64,000 nt of DNA. Origin: Picochlorum sp. SENEW3 (Eukaryota). This document shows positions 20,522 to 31,687 of the stretch, piece by piece. The position numbers and the translations under genes are program-made. The first letter of the stretch is position 1; each line of letters begins with the position of its first letter. Location: positions 248,001 through 312,000 of the forward strand of contig CP120460.1 of assembly GCA_034226945.1 (NCBI GenBank), in the 5' to 3' direction. The notes beneath the pieces were generated by a model that was given only the letters and a program-made list of their open reading frames with translations, was not told the DNA's origin and ran no database searches.

Positions 20522-20857
20522 CTACTGCTGCTGCTGCTGCTGTTTCTGCTGCATCCGCAGCTTGTATTCTTTATACTGACACAACTCATACGCATGTCTC
20601 TCATCCTCGCACTTCCAAGGAAGATAATAGTTCTTCCTACGACACACATTCAGCGGAATCAGCAAATCAACACACATATCTCTATACGCTAGTGGAACCT
20701 TGGCATCGTGAACCTCCTTCTGCACACACACATAGAAACCGCAATCCATCACATCAGATACCATACTTCACGATTATATTACATTACATAGTTAAAGAAG
20801 GAAACAAACCTCTGTGGCTTTGACACGAGTCGGGGAATCAAGAGAATTGTCGACCAT
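20522..20857 (-). CDS. NDUFB7: Complex I subunit NDUFB7 (B18); intron 20720-20809
   Basis: VPLAYRDMCVDLLIPLNVCRRKNYYLPWKCEDERHAYELCQY twin CX9C; exon 1 MVDNSLDSPTRVKATE joins in phase 0. Confidence 0.92.
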
Positions 20858-21145
20858 TCCAGCGACAAAGACAGAGACCTTGTTTTATAATGCGACTCTT
20901 TCAATCTCTTGGTTCAGATGGATGTTAAGTTTCAAATAAAGATTGCTTAGGACGAATCGTCGCCAACAACAAGAAGGATCAACACATGAGCCTACGAATT
21001 GGTTCCAGAAATTCTGTATCCCATCAAATACAAGCATTGACCGAAGCATTGTCTCATGCATGTTTGTGTGGAAAAGCGCTCAAGTCGCATCAGACAAGCA
21101 GAAAAAGCCGTGTGAGTACCAACCAAAACCAATTCTAGTAACAGT

Positions 21146-21547
21146 ATGGCACAGCAGACATCTTCTTTGAGTGCCATCCTGAGACGGTACTGTGGGCCAC
21201 AATCGTCCTCCTGGAAGACGCTGTTTACCAATACTGCGTCTTCTCCTCAGGAGATGAGATCATCATCATTGGCTGATGTATTGAAAGATTATAATAGCAG
21301 TGTCGTTAGAGATGTATATGATACAGTGGTGATGTGGATGGCGGTGCCAAAGAGAAAAGTGACACCGAGCAGAAAGGGAAATAGAAGTGCTACCAAGTTC
21401 ACGAGGCGTGTTCCTGTGGTGTCACAGTGCAGTAAATGTTCACGAGTGTTTCCACCTCATGTGATGCCGTCATCGTGTTCAGAAGACGAGTGCCCTGCAT
21501 TTCCACATGGGCAAGGAGAAAGAGGAGAGCAACAACCCACCCCATGA
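21146..21547 (+). CDS. MRPL32: Mitochondrial ribosomal protein bL32m precursor
   Basis: Long presequence then MAVPKRKVTPSRKGNR and CSKC...PH zinc-ribbon-like motif. Confidence 0.85.
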   Translation: MAQQTSSLSAILRRYCGPQSSSWKTLFTNTASSPQEMRSSSLADVLKDYNSSVVRDVYDTVVMWMAVPKRKVTPSRKGNRSATKFTRRVPVVSQCSKCSRVFPPHVMPSSCSEDECPAFPHGQGERGEQQPTP

Positions 21548-21613
21548 TATGGATACATGTTTATTTAATACCAGAGTTGTCATTATTATTATTATCATTA
21601 TGAGTCACATCAT

Positions 21614-22342
21614 CTATATATTATTTTCATTTGCCGATGATGCCAAATACGCACAGAATGCATCGAGATGTGCTGCAGCCTCTCGTGAGGAGACAAGCTC
21701 AACATCATCATCATGGTCATCCTTGTCCAACAGAATGCCTTCGCAGACTTGCCGTGCTTCTTGCGCCCACGCCTTTCGAGACTGTACTAGTTCTGGCCAC
21801 CATGGATACGTTGCGCATTGTAAAGGTCTTGCGCCGTACACCGTGCAGTGATTCGTCTCTTGATCTAGAAAGATGCATGCATCCGAGTCCTCTGCATTCT
21901 TGAGCATGTACCATCCATCTGTGCGAGGTGGACCCGTGCAGTATGTGTCTATGAAAACATCCTCATCTACATCTCCAAGAAGCTTTGCTATGGCTGATAG
22001 TTCCGCCCTATTTAACCAAACATGACCGCTTCCTGTGCAGCATTCGCCACACTCTGTGCATGAGAATGCCAGTCCTCTGACAAGATCCTCAGAGGATGTG
22101 TTCCTGCGTGATGCATGGCAGAGACACAACGAGCACATTTTTTTATTCCGATGGAAATGAACCCTCTGTTGATAGTGATTATGGGATGTGTTTGTTACTC
22201 CTGCGCGTGGAATCGTGGCCTTGTGTCGAGTTGCAACAACAACACTGTGCATATGGCTGTGCACACTAGAAGTCGTCTGCTGCTCCCGTCGAGAGGTCCT
22301 GAGCATGTCTCTTCCATGCATTCCTATCAACGACAACATCAT
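21614..22342 (-). CDS. YkgJ-family CxxCxxCC cysteine-cluster protein
   Basis: FSCTECGECCTG, CIFLD, CTVYGARPLQCATYPWWP, CEG; start uncertain. Confidence 0.85.
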   Translation of the reverse strand: MMLSLIGMHGRDMLRTSRREQQTTSSVHSHMHSVVVATRHKATIPRAGVTNTSHNHYQQRVHFHRNKKMCSLCLCHASRRNTSSEDLVRGLAFSCTECGECCTGSGHVWLNRAELSAIAKLLGDVDEDVFIDTYCTGPPRTDGWYMLKNAEDSDACIFLDQETNHCTVYGARPLQCATYPWWPELVQSRKAWAQEARQVCEGILLDKDDHDDDVELVSSREAAAHLDAFCAYLASSANENNI

Positions 22343-22544
22343 GATACATTATTGAAAAGAAATGTATGACCCCATGATGATGCTATCTTGGATTTTCTTT
22401 CCGGAAGAAAAGCTTTTCTTTTGCTTTATTACGACACACGTGCGTGTGTTCTTTTCAAGGAACCCCACATGCTGTCGCATATCTGATGCAATAAAATTAT
22501 AGATTGCATTGTTATCAAGAAGAGCAGTGTCTCCTATCCAGTAC

Positions 22545-22704
22545 ATGGAGACTCCAGGGACGCAGCACCCTGTCTTTTTCTCGACACCAGACTCTGCTTT
22601 GGAAGGAGACGGGTTCAAGGATACTGACGGTGCGTTGGCATGAAACATAATTTTAGAATACTAGCATTATACTAGTATCACCCATTGGCGTATGCAGATC
22701 CTAT

Positions 22705-22735
<31 letters not shown>

Positions 22736-22955
22736 AGAGTTGGCGGGACGAGAACTGAGACTGAAGAAGGTGCGTCGATTTCAGAGTAGGCTTGCTTTTT
22801 CTCTTTATGAAGAACTTCTTTCTCAATGGTTTTCTTTAATAATGCCACCCTGTGTAGCTATTGTAAAGGCGAAATTGACCAATTTGCGGAGCAAGTTGAC
22901 AGACGTGGAGAGGGACAACTGGATGTATGAAAAGCCACGGTATATGCATCAGTAG
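22545..22955 (+). CDS. 84-aa microprotein resembling plant SAMBA / APC16 (exons 22545-22629, 22698-22769, 22858-22955)
   Basis: Two GTGCGT..YAG introns, both phase 1, give one continuous ORF ending LRSKLTDVERDNWMYEKPR; poly-Q from (CAG)n. Confidence 0.6.
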
Positions 22956-22966
22956 GATATAGAGTC

Positions 22967-23989
22967 ATGTCTGGAACAAAGGATACTTTTTTGGTTGATA
23001 TATCGCAGGAGATGAATGTGCTGGAGAGTAAGGAATGGGAGGATGTTGATGTCATCATGCTTCGGAAAGGACGGAAACCGCATGCTGTCCATATTGATGT
23101 GGATATGGCGAAGCAGGACGTCCTGAATGTGTTTTTAGATAGAATGAATGATGGAGAGGTGAGTGAGAGAATGTTGCGGCTGACGGAGGAGATTATTCTG
23201 CGGATAAATTCAGCAGATTATTCTGCATGGGCATGGAGGTGGACGTGTTTTTTGGCTCTCTTTGAGGAGGCAAAGCGACAAGGCAATACGCAGCGGCAGT
23301 CCGAGCTGGTGCTGTTTGAGAAACAGATGATGAAGACTGTTGTGACGGGAAATCCCAAGAATTATCAAGTGTGGAATTATAGGAGGAAGATGATGGAGCT
23401 TCAAGGGGCTGCATGTGTGAAGGAGGAGATGGAGTTTACCCGTGGGTGTTTGGAGTTTGATGCGAAAAATTATCATGTATGGGCTCATAGACAGGCTGTT
23501 TTGAAATTGTGGCCGACAGAGGATTCGTTGCGAGGTGAGATTATGTTTACAGTGGAGTGCCTGGAGAGGGATGTGATGAATAACTCTGCATGGAACCAAC
23601 GGATGTGGCTCCTTCATCTGTGTGAGAGTGTTCAACAGCTCGCGCATTTGATGCCTCGATCTACTGAAATCGAGTTGGCCATGTCATGTATAGAGGGCTG
23701 TGTGGAGAATGAAGCTGCATGGGCGCATTTGAAGCATCTAGGTTTATATGATGCAGTATCACAGGATCAGTTGGATGGGTTTTTGGAATGTAGTGCGTCA
23801 CTGATGACGCAGCATGAAACATCCATTCAGCCAGCAATAGCAGTATATGAGTTTTACAAGGTCATGCTTGAGCATGGAGAGAGTTCATCGGATGAAAAAA
23901 CGTATTCTAGAGCAAAAGTCATGATGGAAACATTGTCACATAAATTGCGTTTGTTAGACCCATTAGGGGCGCATCGATATTCAATCTGA
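22967..23989 (+). CDS. FTA: Protein farnesyl/geranylgeranyl-transferase-I alpha subunit
   Basis: PPTA repeats NSADYSAWAWR, NPKNYQVWNYR, DAKNYHVWAHR, DVMNNSAWNQR, ENEAAWAHL. Confidence 0.88.
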   Translation: MSGTKDTFLVDISQEMNVLESKEWEDVDVIMLRKGRKPHAVHIDVDMAKQDVLNVFLDRMNDGEVSERMLRLTEEIILRINSADYSAWAWRWTCFLALFEEAKRQGNTQRQSELVLFEKQMMKTVVTGNPKNYQVWNYRRKMMELQGAACVKEEMEFTRGCLEFDAKNYHVWAHRQAVLKLWPTEDSLRGEIMFTVECLERDVMNNSAWNQRMWLLHLCESVQQLAHLMPRSTEIELAMSCIEGCVENEAAWAHLKHLGLYDAVSQDQLDGFLECSASLMTQHETSIQPAIAVYEFYKVMLEHGESSSDEKTYSRAKVMMETLSHKLRLLDPLGAHRYSI

Positions 23990-23993
23990 CGTT

Positions 23994-25538
23994 TTATAGT
24001 ATTCGAACGAGATAATTACTCAAATATTCTCCTTCTGGATAGTTGGGATTGATTGGATGATCCCCACCTGCACCTCGTTTGTGTAAAATTGTAGCTGAAA
24101 CACCAGCTCTCCGAGCTGCTGACAAAATTACCTTTGTGAACTGTCCATGCGATTGCGTCATGGCGCCTGAGCAGCTACACGTCATTAACAATCCTCCTGG
24201 TTTGACAAGCTTCATTGCTTTGGTATTGAGCGACTCATACTTTCTTCTGGCACTGGTAAGAGACTTTCTGGTGGGTGCAAGCTTTGGAGGGTCTAATATG
24301 ACAATATCCCACTGCTTTTTCTGATCTATCGACTCATTCATGAATTTTGATGCATCATTTTTGACAAATGTGCATGTATTATTAAATCCATTCAGCGTCG
24401 CGTTGCGTTGTGCCAGGCCAATGGCAGCCTGTGAGCTGTCAATGCCAGTGACAGATGCTGCACCACCGCGTGCTGCTTGAATAGAAAATCCCCCAGAATA
24501 ACAACATATATCCAACACATCTTTTCCTTTGCTAATTTGTGAAATAAAAGACCTATTATCGCGCTGATCGACATAAAAGCCAGTCTTTTGACCACGAGGT
24601 GCAACATGAAATTTTGCCCCAAACTCTTCCACAATTGCTTCTTCTTCTTGTTGTTGTTGGACGTTTGCTGCGTCATTGCCTTGCTCAGTCGTCGAATCAT
24701 TTTCACATAGTGCATCCAGCTCTTCTGGAGTCATTCCCTCCATTTCTAGCATCTCCCGAGACGGTCGCCAGACCACGCGATCAACATGTGGGAGAGACTG
24801 CAGAATATGTTCCATTATACTAGGCTTCCTCCTCTCAATCCAAATGGCGGACGAACTCACCACTGCAACCCTATCAAATACATCCACGATCAATCCAGAT
24901 ATATAATCCCCTTCGCTATTAATCAGACGGTACGCAGTGGTCCTTCCCATTCCATCATCATCCCTGCAGGGCAATGACAGCGCTTGTCGCAGCATCATGG
25001 CATGATCAATTCTTGTACGAATGATACGCTGCACAAGCTCTTCTGCATCTATATTATCTATAGATAAATATTCCGGCAATACGCCTCTATCAAATGCTTC
25101 CACGATTCGCACAGCATACAATGACTCTGGGTTGATGACCCCCAATGCAATCACCCTTCTGTCTCCATTACATAGTAACACGGCATCCCCAGCCTTTGGT
25201 GGAGGACGCCCAATAACACAATCTATAGCCCCAGTATATACAATCACAGCCCTATTCTCACCCTGAAAGAGTTTATTCTTGCCCCCCTTGAGAACAACCC
25301 TTGGAAGGGTCTCAGCCAGGCAAGGCTGACTTGGTGGGGATGGAGTGGTTGCACTGCATTGCACCCTCTGACGGCCTGAAATACTATCTAATTGTATTCT
25401 ACCATGAATCAATCGTGTAGAAGAGCATCTGGTACTCCATCCACGCTGAGCAAAGTTTCCTGGCATGGAATGCAGTTTGGCCAATGCATGTGGTTCCATG
25501 ATCATCACGGAGACGGGCATTGCTGCCCTTGATGTCAT
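23994..25538 (-). CDS. RlmI/YccW-like SAM-dependent rRNA methyltransferase with PUA domain, organellar
   Basis: YRLINSEGDYISGLIVD, GQKTGFYVDQRDNR, VLDICCYSGGF, DIVILDPP, LMTCSCS, DHP. Confidence 0.9.
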   Translation of the reverse strand: MTSRAAMPVSVMIMEPHALAKLHSMPGNFAQRGWSTRCSSTRLIHGRIQLDSISGRQRVQCSATTPSPPSQPCLAETLPRVVLKGGKNKLFQGENRAVIVYTGAIDCVIGRPPPKAGDAVLLCNGDRRVIALGVINPESLYAVRIVEAFDRGVLPEYLSIDNIDAEELVQRIIRTRIDHAMMLRQALSLPCRDDDGMGRTTAYRLINSEGDYISGLIVDVFDRVAVVSSSAIWIERRKPSIMEHILQSLPHVDRVVWRPSREMLEMEGMTPEELDALCENDSTTEQGNDAANVQQQQEEEAIVEEFGAKFHVAPRGQKTGFYVDQRDNRSFISQISKGKDVLDICCYSGGFSIQAARGGAASVTGIDSSQAAIGLAQRNATLNGFNNTCTFVKNDASKFMNESIDQKKQWDIVILDPPKLAPTRKSLTSARRKYESLNTKAMKLVKPGGLLMTCSCSGAMTQSHGQFTKVILSAARRAGVSATILHKRGAGGDHPINPNYPEGEYLSNYLVRIL

Positions 25539-25762
25539 GTTATTTAAATTTTAAAATATTTTTAGGTACACGAAGAGCGCAAGGCCAAGGTATGAGGCAT
25601 GCTGGCCCTGTGCAGTACGATACCTATTGTCTCCCATGAAACGTGCCATTCAATGGGAGATTGTTTATGGCACTAGATTGCTCATGAGCACCGTCGATTG
25701 GCGAGGTCCAATACAGAGCTATTTTTTCCTTTCTCTCTGATGAATTTGCTCTATTCAAACAT

Positions 25763-27019
25763 ATGACTATTATTGATAGAGAAAATAGTCTTATTGTCGA
25801 CTCTGAAGGCAGTGTCCGCCCTTTACGGGTCGGGGGAGCGTCATGCTCGTCGTCCTTGAACTGTTTCCAGGATGTATTTGGGTTGAAGACAATTGCCAGA
25901 GACTTGTTTCTGCCAGCTGGGTACCCTGCGTCGGTCACGCCCGACTATCTAACCTTTCAAATATACGATAGTATTCAAGGGTTGTCCTCGTATATACGGG
26001 GGATGCTGTCCAATCAATCCATTCTGCTAGGGTTGGGCTTTGGCAACAAGGATGCCAGCATTGTCGCTGCCACGTTATCAATCGCTGCCAGGGAGACTAT
26101 TGCGACAATTTCTAGTCTATACGTATGCTCTAAAAGCTCTTCTTTTGATTCTCACTCGAAGCAATGGAGACTAGCAGCAGATATATGCAACGACATTGCT
26201 CTCACGCTGCAGATTTGCGCACCATTCTTTGACAAGCACAAATTCTTAATCATGTATTTGCTGGGTGCAGTATGCCAAGCTGTGACAGGCGTCGCTGGCT
26301 CCTCCACGCGTATGGCTTTAACTCAGCACTTTGCACTCCAACAGAACGCTGCCAATGTGGCTGCCTGCGAGTCTGCACAAGAAACAGCGATAACAGCAAT
26401 TGGCTTGCTGCTTGGTCTGCTGCTGGCCAGATTGTCAGAATCGTCAATTCCTCAGGCTGCAATTGTCTGCTTCATTGTTCTTACATATATACATATACAT
26501 GCAAATATCAAGGCAATGCGGTGCCTGCGTATCACTCGGTTGAATAGATTTCGGTTGGGTATTCTTTTTCATGCATGGCTGCAGAAGGAGCAGCAGATAC
26601 TTGTACCAGAGCAGGTGGCACGACTGGAACCTTTGCTGCCAGGGATACCTTTTCTGGATACAGGACCTTTTTCAAACATTGATATTATGATTGCTCCGAG
26701 TTTAGACAGTGTACAGAGGCGCGATCCAGCTGCTATCAAGAGGCTTGTTGATGTGTTTGATGATGCTCAAGCCATGCATTGTATTGTTCAGTCCACGATG
26801 AAACGACATAGAATCTACGTCTTTCTGACAGACAGAGGCATATCAGGAGAAGATGTCATCAGAGCGTACCTCGACGGATTGTGTATGGGCATGAGTGCAC
26901 CAGTGAGCCAGAGAATGGTTGCTCGCTTCATTGAGGCTTTGAAACAGTCCCCATGGACCATGGATCCTGTATTGCTCAACCAGGGTTCTTCGAGGATCTC
27001 ATTAAAAAAGAAGGAATGA
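25763..27019 (+). CDS. RUS (root UVB sensitive)/DUF647 family protein
   Basis: FLPAGYPASVTPDYL, KQWRLAADICND, TRMALTQHFA, SAQET, LNRFR. Confidence 0.9.
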   Translation: MTIIDRENSLIVDSEGSVRPLRVGGASCSSSLNCFQDVFGLKTIARDLFLPAGYPASVTPDYLTFQIYDSIQGLSSYIRGMLSNQSILLGLGFGNKDASIVAATLSIAARETIATISSLYVCSKSSSFDSHSKQWRLAADICNDIALTLQICAPFFDKHKFLIMYLLGAVCQAVTGVAGSSTRMALTQHFALQQNAANVAACESAQETAITAIGLLLGLLLARLSESSIPQAAIVCFIVLTYIHIHANIKAMRCLRITRLNRFRLGILFHAWLQKEQQILVPEQVARLEPLLPGIPFLDTGPFSNIDIMIAPSLDSVQRRDPAAIKRLVDVFDDAQAMHCIVQSTMKRHRIYVFLTDRGISGEDVIRAYLDGLCMGMSAPVSQRMVARFIEALKQSPWTMDPVLLNQGSSRISLKKKE

Positions 27020-27358
27020 TTCTTGCATAAGATCACATCGATAGATGCCTGGAGTCTCTCTCAGTAGTCTCTCTCAAATGGTTTCAGCCACCATATCTGA
27101 TCTGATCATCTGTGTGACGGTTCCGGGTACGGGCACGTGACCAAAAGACACGCGCCTTGCACACGCGAGAGCACGGACGATACTTTTTACAAGCCGGCGT
27201 ACTGTTTCGATCTGGAAACTATTTATTTATTTATATTTGTATGTATGCATGCCTGAATACCAATCGTCTCCTGAGAGGCTATTTTCCTGAATTGAACACC
27301 CAACGTTTTGCTCACACGAGGCAGCTGCACGAGTTGTCTTTGAACACTTGGAGGCATC

Positions 27359-28477
27359 ATGGCAGACGCGAATGAGACCTCCATCGATGCCATGGCATAC
27401 CCTTCGGGCGAAGAGAACAATGTTGGAATAGCATTTGCAATGGTTTGTATCGCTGGAGCGGCATCCATGGTTGGTTTCCTTGCAGTCATCTTCTTGAAGC
27501 AATCCAACACTGTCTGGCTGAGCATCGGGCTTGCATTTGCGGCTGGATTAATGATATTTGTATCCCTCGTAGAAATTTTAGTAGAAGGTTGTATTGGGTC
27601 GTTTGAAGCGGCTGGATACTCGGAGGGTGCGTCTATACGATATGCCATGCTGCTATTCTATGCTGGGTGCACACTGGTCTTTGTCTTTGACAAGGTTAGC
27701 AAGATGGCGTCGCCATATGCAAACCTGTCGATGCAGATGGCGAGTCGTAGCTTTAAAAGAATTAAAAGAAGTTTCAAAGGCAAGAAGGGAGATGTTGAAT
27801 CATCTGCTGATGAGAAGGATATTGAGTGTCCACCTAGTGATGACACTGCCGAGCAGGAAGAGGATGATGAGGACACTGGCATTCCTGTGGATCAAGACCC
27901 GAACAATGTCGGATGTGATGTCATTCCCAAAGACTTCAATAGTCTCCCCCCGATAGAGCTCGACCTGAAGCGGGAAGATAAGGATCTGACCCACACGGAT
28001 GATGCCGAGTTAAAAAAGCGAAAGATATTGCGGCGGATGAGCCTGTTGGTTGCTGTGAGCATGGCGGTTCATAACTTTCCAGAAGGCATGGCTGTACTCT
28101 TGGGAGCATTGAAAGATTCAAAGTTCGGTGCAACGATTGCAATTGCCATATCTGTTCATAATATTCCTGAAGGCTTTTGTATCGCCATGCCAGTGTACTA
28201 TGCAACAGGCTCAAGACTGAAAGCATTTTTCTGGACGTTGATCCCAAGCTTGGCAGAACCACTTGGCGGTATGATAGCATATTTTGCCTTCCGAGATGCA
28301 GGCGATTTGGCATTTGCAATTGCATTCGGTCTTGTTGCTGGGATCATGGTGTACATATCCGTCATGGAGCTTCTCCCTGCGGCATTTTCGTTTGATCCAA
28401 ATAATAAATACGTGACGGTATCTTGTCTGGCAGGTATGGGTGTCATGGCGTTTTCATTCATCCTCCTGTCTATTTGA
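27359..28477 (+). CDS. ZIP-family (ZupT/ZTP29-like) Zn/Fe transporter
   Basis: FAAGLMIFVSLVEI, HNFPEG, HNIPEG, LAEPLG, VAGIMVYISVMELLP. Confidence 0.93.
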   Translation: MADANETSIDAMAYPSGEENNVGIAFAMVCIAGAASMVGFLAVIFLKQSNTVWLSIGLAFAAGLMIFVSLVEILVEGCIGSFEAAGYSEGASIRYAMLLFYAGCTLVFVFDKVSKMASPYANLSMQMASRSFKRIKRSFKGKKGDVESSADEKDIECPPSDDTAEQEEDDEDTGIPVDQDPNNVGCDVIPKDFNSLPPIELDLKREDKDLTHTDDAELKKRKILRRMSLLVAVSMAVHNFPEGMAVLLGALKDSKFGATIAIAISVHNIPEGFCIAMPVYYATGSRLKAFFWTLIPSLAEPLGGMIAYFAFRDAGDLAFAIAFGLVAGIMVYISVMELLPAAFSFDPNNKYVTVSCLAGMGVMAFSFILLSI

Positions 28478-28913
28478 GAGCAGCAAGTGTTTTGGCTCTG
28501 GCCATGGTTGTGTATCGTGTCGATTTGAAATACCTGTTGCATTATTACTACGTGAGTACTGTGCGTATTCCATCCTTTGAGTGAAAAGATACTGCTATTG
28601 TTCAATTACATACCTTGTAAAATCCAATGTCTACGCTTGAGCATGTATCAAAAGATGATTGTTGAGATGCATAATAATGGTGGGTGTGGTACAAGCCATA
28701 ATCATGTGAACTCGCCCCATGGAAAGAGTGGTTTGATGGGGGAATCCGAATGAGGGGCAGACATTGAATGCGTTCCATTGATCCAGATCTTGCTCTCTAG
28801 ATCTTGGTTTCCATACCAATGTGCGAGTACAGTCAGATAATATCACGTACATTTTTTTAGAGACGGTGTGGAACGAATAAATAAAGGAACTCTAGAATCG
28901 ACGGAGGAGCGCC

Positions 28914-29855
28914 ATGGCTAGCAGAATGTGTGTGGCCAGCAGAGCCAGCAGGACAACAGGAGGACCGTTACCACGCTCATTTGTGAGAATGAGTGGGCGA
29001 ATTCGCTCTAACAGAGCACAAAATGCATCCAGAATATCTGCAGAAAAGGGTTCATTGACATATACCTCGTACGAGGGGAATAGTTGGGCTGCCAAATTTC
29101 AAAACACTGGAGCCACAATGCTGGTGGATCCATGGTTGGTGGGAAATCTGACATTTGGCGGTCTGGATTTTATTTACTCTGGATCCAAGCGGGTTACGAC
29201 TCCAGAGAAGGTTAACTTGGACGAGATTGCCAAGACCACTGATTTTGTGCTGTTGACCATGAGCATTGATGATCATGCTCACAAGCCAACATTGCAGGCG
29301 CTTGTTCAGAAGAATGCAAATATTCCGATCGTTGCATCTCCTTCAGCGGCCAAAGTTAGCAGAGATATTGGATTTAAACGTGTCTATGAGTTAGATCACG
29401 ATGAAAAGGTAACTCTTTTAGATGGAAAGATTACAGTTCAGGCTACAGAAGGTGCTCTGGTTGGGCCTCCGTGGAGCAAGAGAGAAAATGGGTTTGTCAT
29501 CTCAGAAAAGGATGGAATTTCAGTCTATTATGAACCTCATGCAGATTACAATGTTGATTCTGTTCGCAAGATCGGGGCGTGTGATATTGTTGTGAGCCCT
29601 CCTTGTACCCAATCATTGCTGGGCTATGACTTGGTCAAGGGAACCAGCGAGAACATCCCATTGCTCCAACTTCTCAAACCAAAAGCTGTGATCGCCTTGA
29701 TGAATGCAGAGTTTGATGGAAGCGGACCCTTGGCGGCACTTATTTCTGAAACAGGTGGACCATCATTGTTGGAAAGCCAGATTAGAGATTCTCCAACAGT
29801 AGATGCACATGTGTTTGTCCCAAAGGCTGGAGAACCTCTCACAGTGGATGTGTAA
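28914..29855 (+). CDS. Metallo-beta-lactamase-fold protein, probably plastid
   Basis: YTSYEGNSW, LVDPWLVG, SIDDHAH, GPPWSKRENG, YYEPH; Arg/Ser-rich transit peptide. Confidence 0.82.
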   Translation: MASRMCVASRASRTTGGPLPRSFVRMSGRIRSNRAQNASRISAEKGSLTYTSYEGNSWAAKFQNTGATMLVDPWLVGNLTFGGLDFIYSGSKRVTTPEKVNLDEIAKTTDFVLLTMSIDDHAHKPTLQALVQKNANIPIVASPSAAKVSRDIGFKRVYELDHDEKVTLLDGKITVQATEGALVGPPWSKRENGFVISEKDGISVYYEPHADYNVDSVRKIGACDIVVSPPCTQSLLGYDLVKGTSENIPLLQLLKPKAVIALMNAEFDGSGPLAALISETGGPSLLESQIRDSPTVDAHVFVPKAGEPLTVDV

Positions 29856-29886
29856 CATATATTCCGATCGTATAACATGTTCATAC

Positions 29887-31417
29887 TTACAAGTGTTGCA
29901 TAATACCATCAGATACCATGGTTGCGTCCTTTGCTGCCCTCACATTATGTGCTCTGATGATATTAGCTCCTCTCATCGCACTGATTGCAGAGATGGCACA
30001 CGTTGCCCAATCTCGCTCCATTGGAGGCCCAGATTCCCTTTCTATTAGCGTACCCAAGAACTTCTTCCTTGAAGGACCAAGAAGAATGGGCAAGTTTTTG
30101 TATGGCTCTGCAATGCAGGATCTCAGTCGAGGCAAGTGGGCTACAAGATCTACATTCCCTTCGTGATTCTTGGCAAACCCGATACCAGGATCTAGTACGA
30201 TTCTCCACGATTCAATGCCTTCTTCTACAGCAGCACGGCATGACGCCTCTAGGGCAGCGGCAACATCTTCACACACATTGGTATACTGTACATTTTCCGA
30301 ATTTTGCATCGTCTTGGGCGTCCCACGCATATGCATCAATATATAGGTGACATCCATGTCAGCAACTGCACGAAACATTCTGGGATCTGCTGTGCCCCCA
30401 GAAACATCATTCACAATATTTGCTCCTGCTGCCACCGCTTTATCAGCAACGTCGCTGTAAAACGTATCAATTGATATCGGGACACTAAGAAGCGAAGGTT
30501 CTGACCGAATGGCTTTGATCACGGGCTCCACTCGTTTCCATTCCTCATCTGGATCAATCTGAGTGGCACCTGGCCGGGTTGATTGCCCCCCAATATCTAT
30601 AATATCTGCTCCATCGCTGACCATATCAAATGCAGCAGAAATAGCATGATCAACATTGACATGCTGCCCCCCATCACTAAAACTATCTGGTGTCACATTG
30701 AGAATTCCCATGACGCTGGTCTGATGACTCCAACTCCATGTATCCATTGGCCCCAATGGAAGCACGCATGATAGCTGTGCATCTTTCGAATATCTTTTGA
30801 GCGCTCTCTCTCCCCCTTGATCATTCCACAAGTTCTTTGCTGCTATTAAAGCTTTATCGAGTCCGCGTGGAACTGCATCCCCCACTGAGGGTGTCAGGTC
30901 AGCAAGTGGGGCTTTGACAAAATCTCTCTCCTGCCACCGAGGGTGAGGCACAATCAGCTGGCCATCGCCCTCAAGTACTTGCTCTTCTTCATAGAAGATA
31001 ATATCTAAATCTATCGGTCGAGGCCCCCATCGAATCTGGTCAGCACCGAAAGATCTTCCTAAATCCTTCTCAATTGTCTTGAGAGCAGACAAGAGGGACA
31101 AAGGAGACAATGTTGTTTTGACTTCTGCCGCTGCGTTGAGAAACGCGGGTTGGTCTGTTACATATTGAGGAGCACTTTCATACAACCGAGACACTTTTTC
31201 AACGGTTATCTGCTCCCCATACTCTGCCTGAAGACGCTTCAGTGCAGTAGCAAGGTTCTTCGTCCTATCACCCTGCACGTTAATGGCGATGAATAGGGAT
31301 CTCATGGATACAAATCTACTGTAATATTTCAATATAGGTCATTTTGAAGACCTGTGTATCGGTCTGTTCCTACAAACGTACCAAATTGCTTCCGAGAGCT
31401 ATTGCAACTCGATTCAT
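29887..31417 (-). CDS. Bifunctional HPPK-DHPS (folK-folP); intron 31273-31381
   Basis: Exon 1 MNRVAIALGSNL|GDR; DQPAFLN, WGPRPIDLDI; VMGILNVTPDSFSDGG, DIGGQSTRPG, DPGIGFAK, SRK, IIRAHNV. Confidence 0.95.
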
Positions 31418-31687
31418 GTCGCCGACATGGAAATTTCTCAGATTGTTTCAATTACCTCCCTCAAATCAATACCGAATTTTTGAAATATCAATCGATGTAG
31501 AGATCGGTGGAATTCACGTACAAGACCATCCAGCAACCTGCACTGTTAAAGGCAGACGGGTGGGTGGCGCCTTGCAAGACAATTGCCTGAACTGCAAATG
31601 CATCATATCTGACTCCATGCTCTACTGCCTGTAGCATGCAGCTAGTTGACAGAAACGTAACGAAATAAGTATTTTTAGTGGCGAAAA

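Noticed and set aside
20524..20550. (CAG)n and similar triplet runs (also 22706-22735, 51641-51663, 5091-5115)
   Set aside because: Ordinary coding microsatellites giving poly-Q/A/D tracts
22692..22955. 87-aa poly-Ser ORF from the track
   Set aside because: Wrong frame and runs through an intron; the spliced poly-Gln model has consistent splice phases
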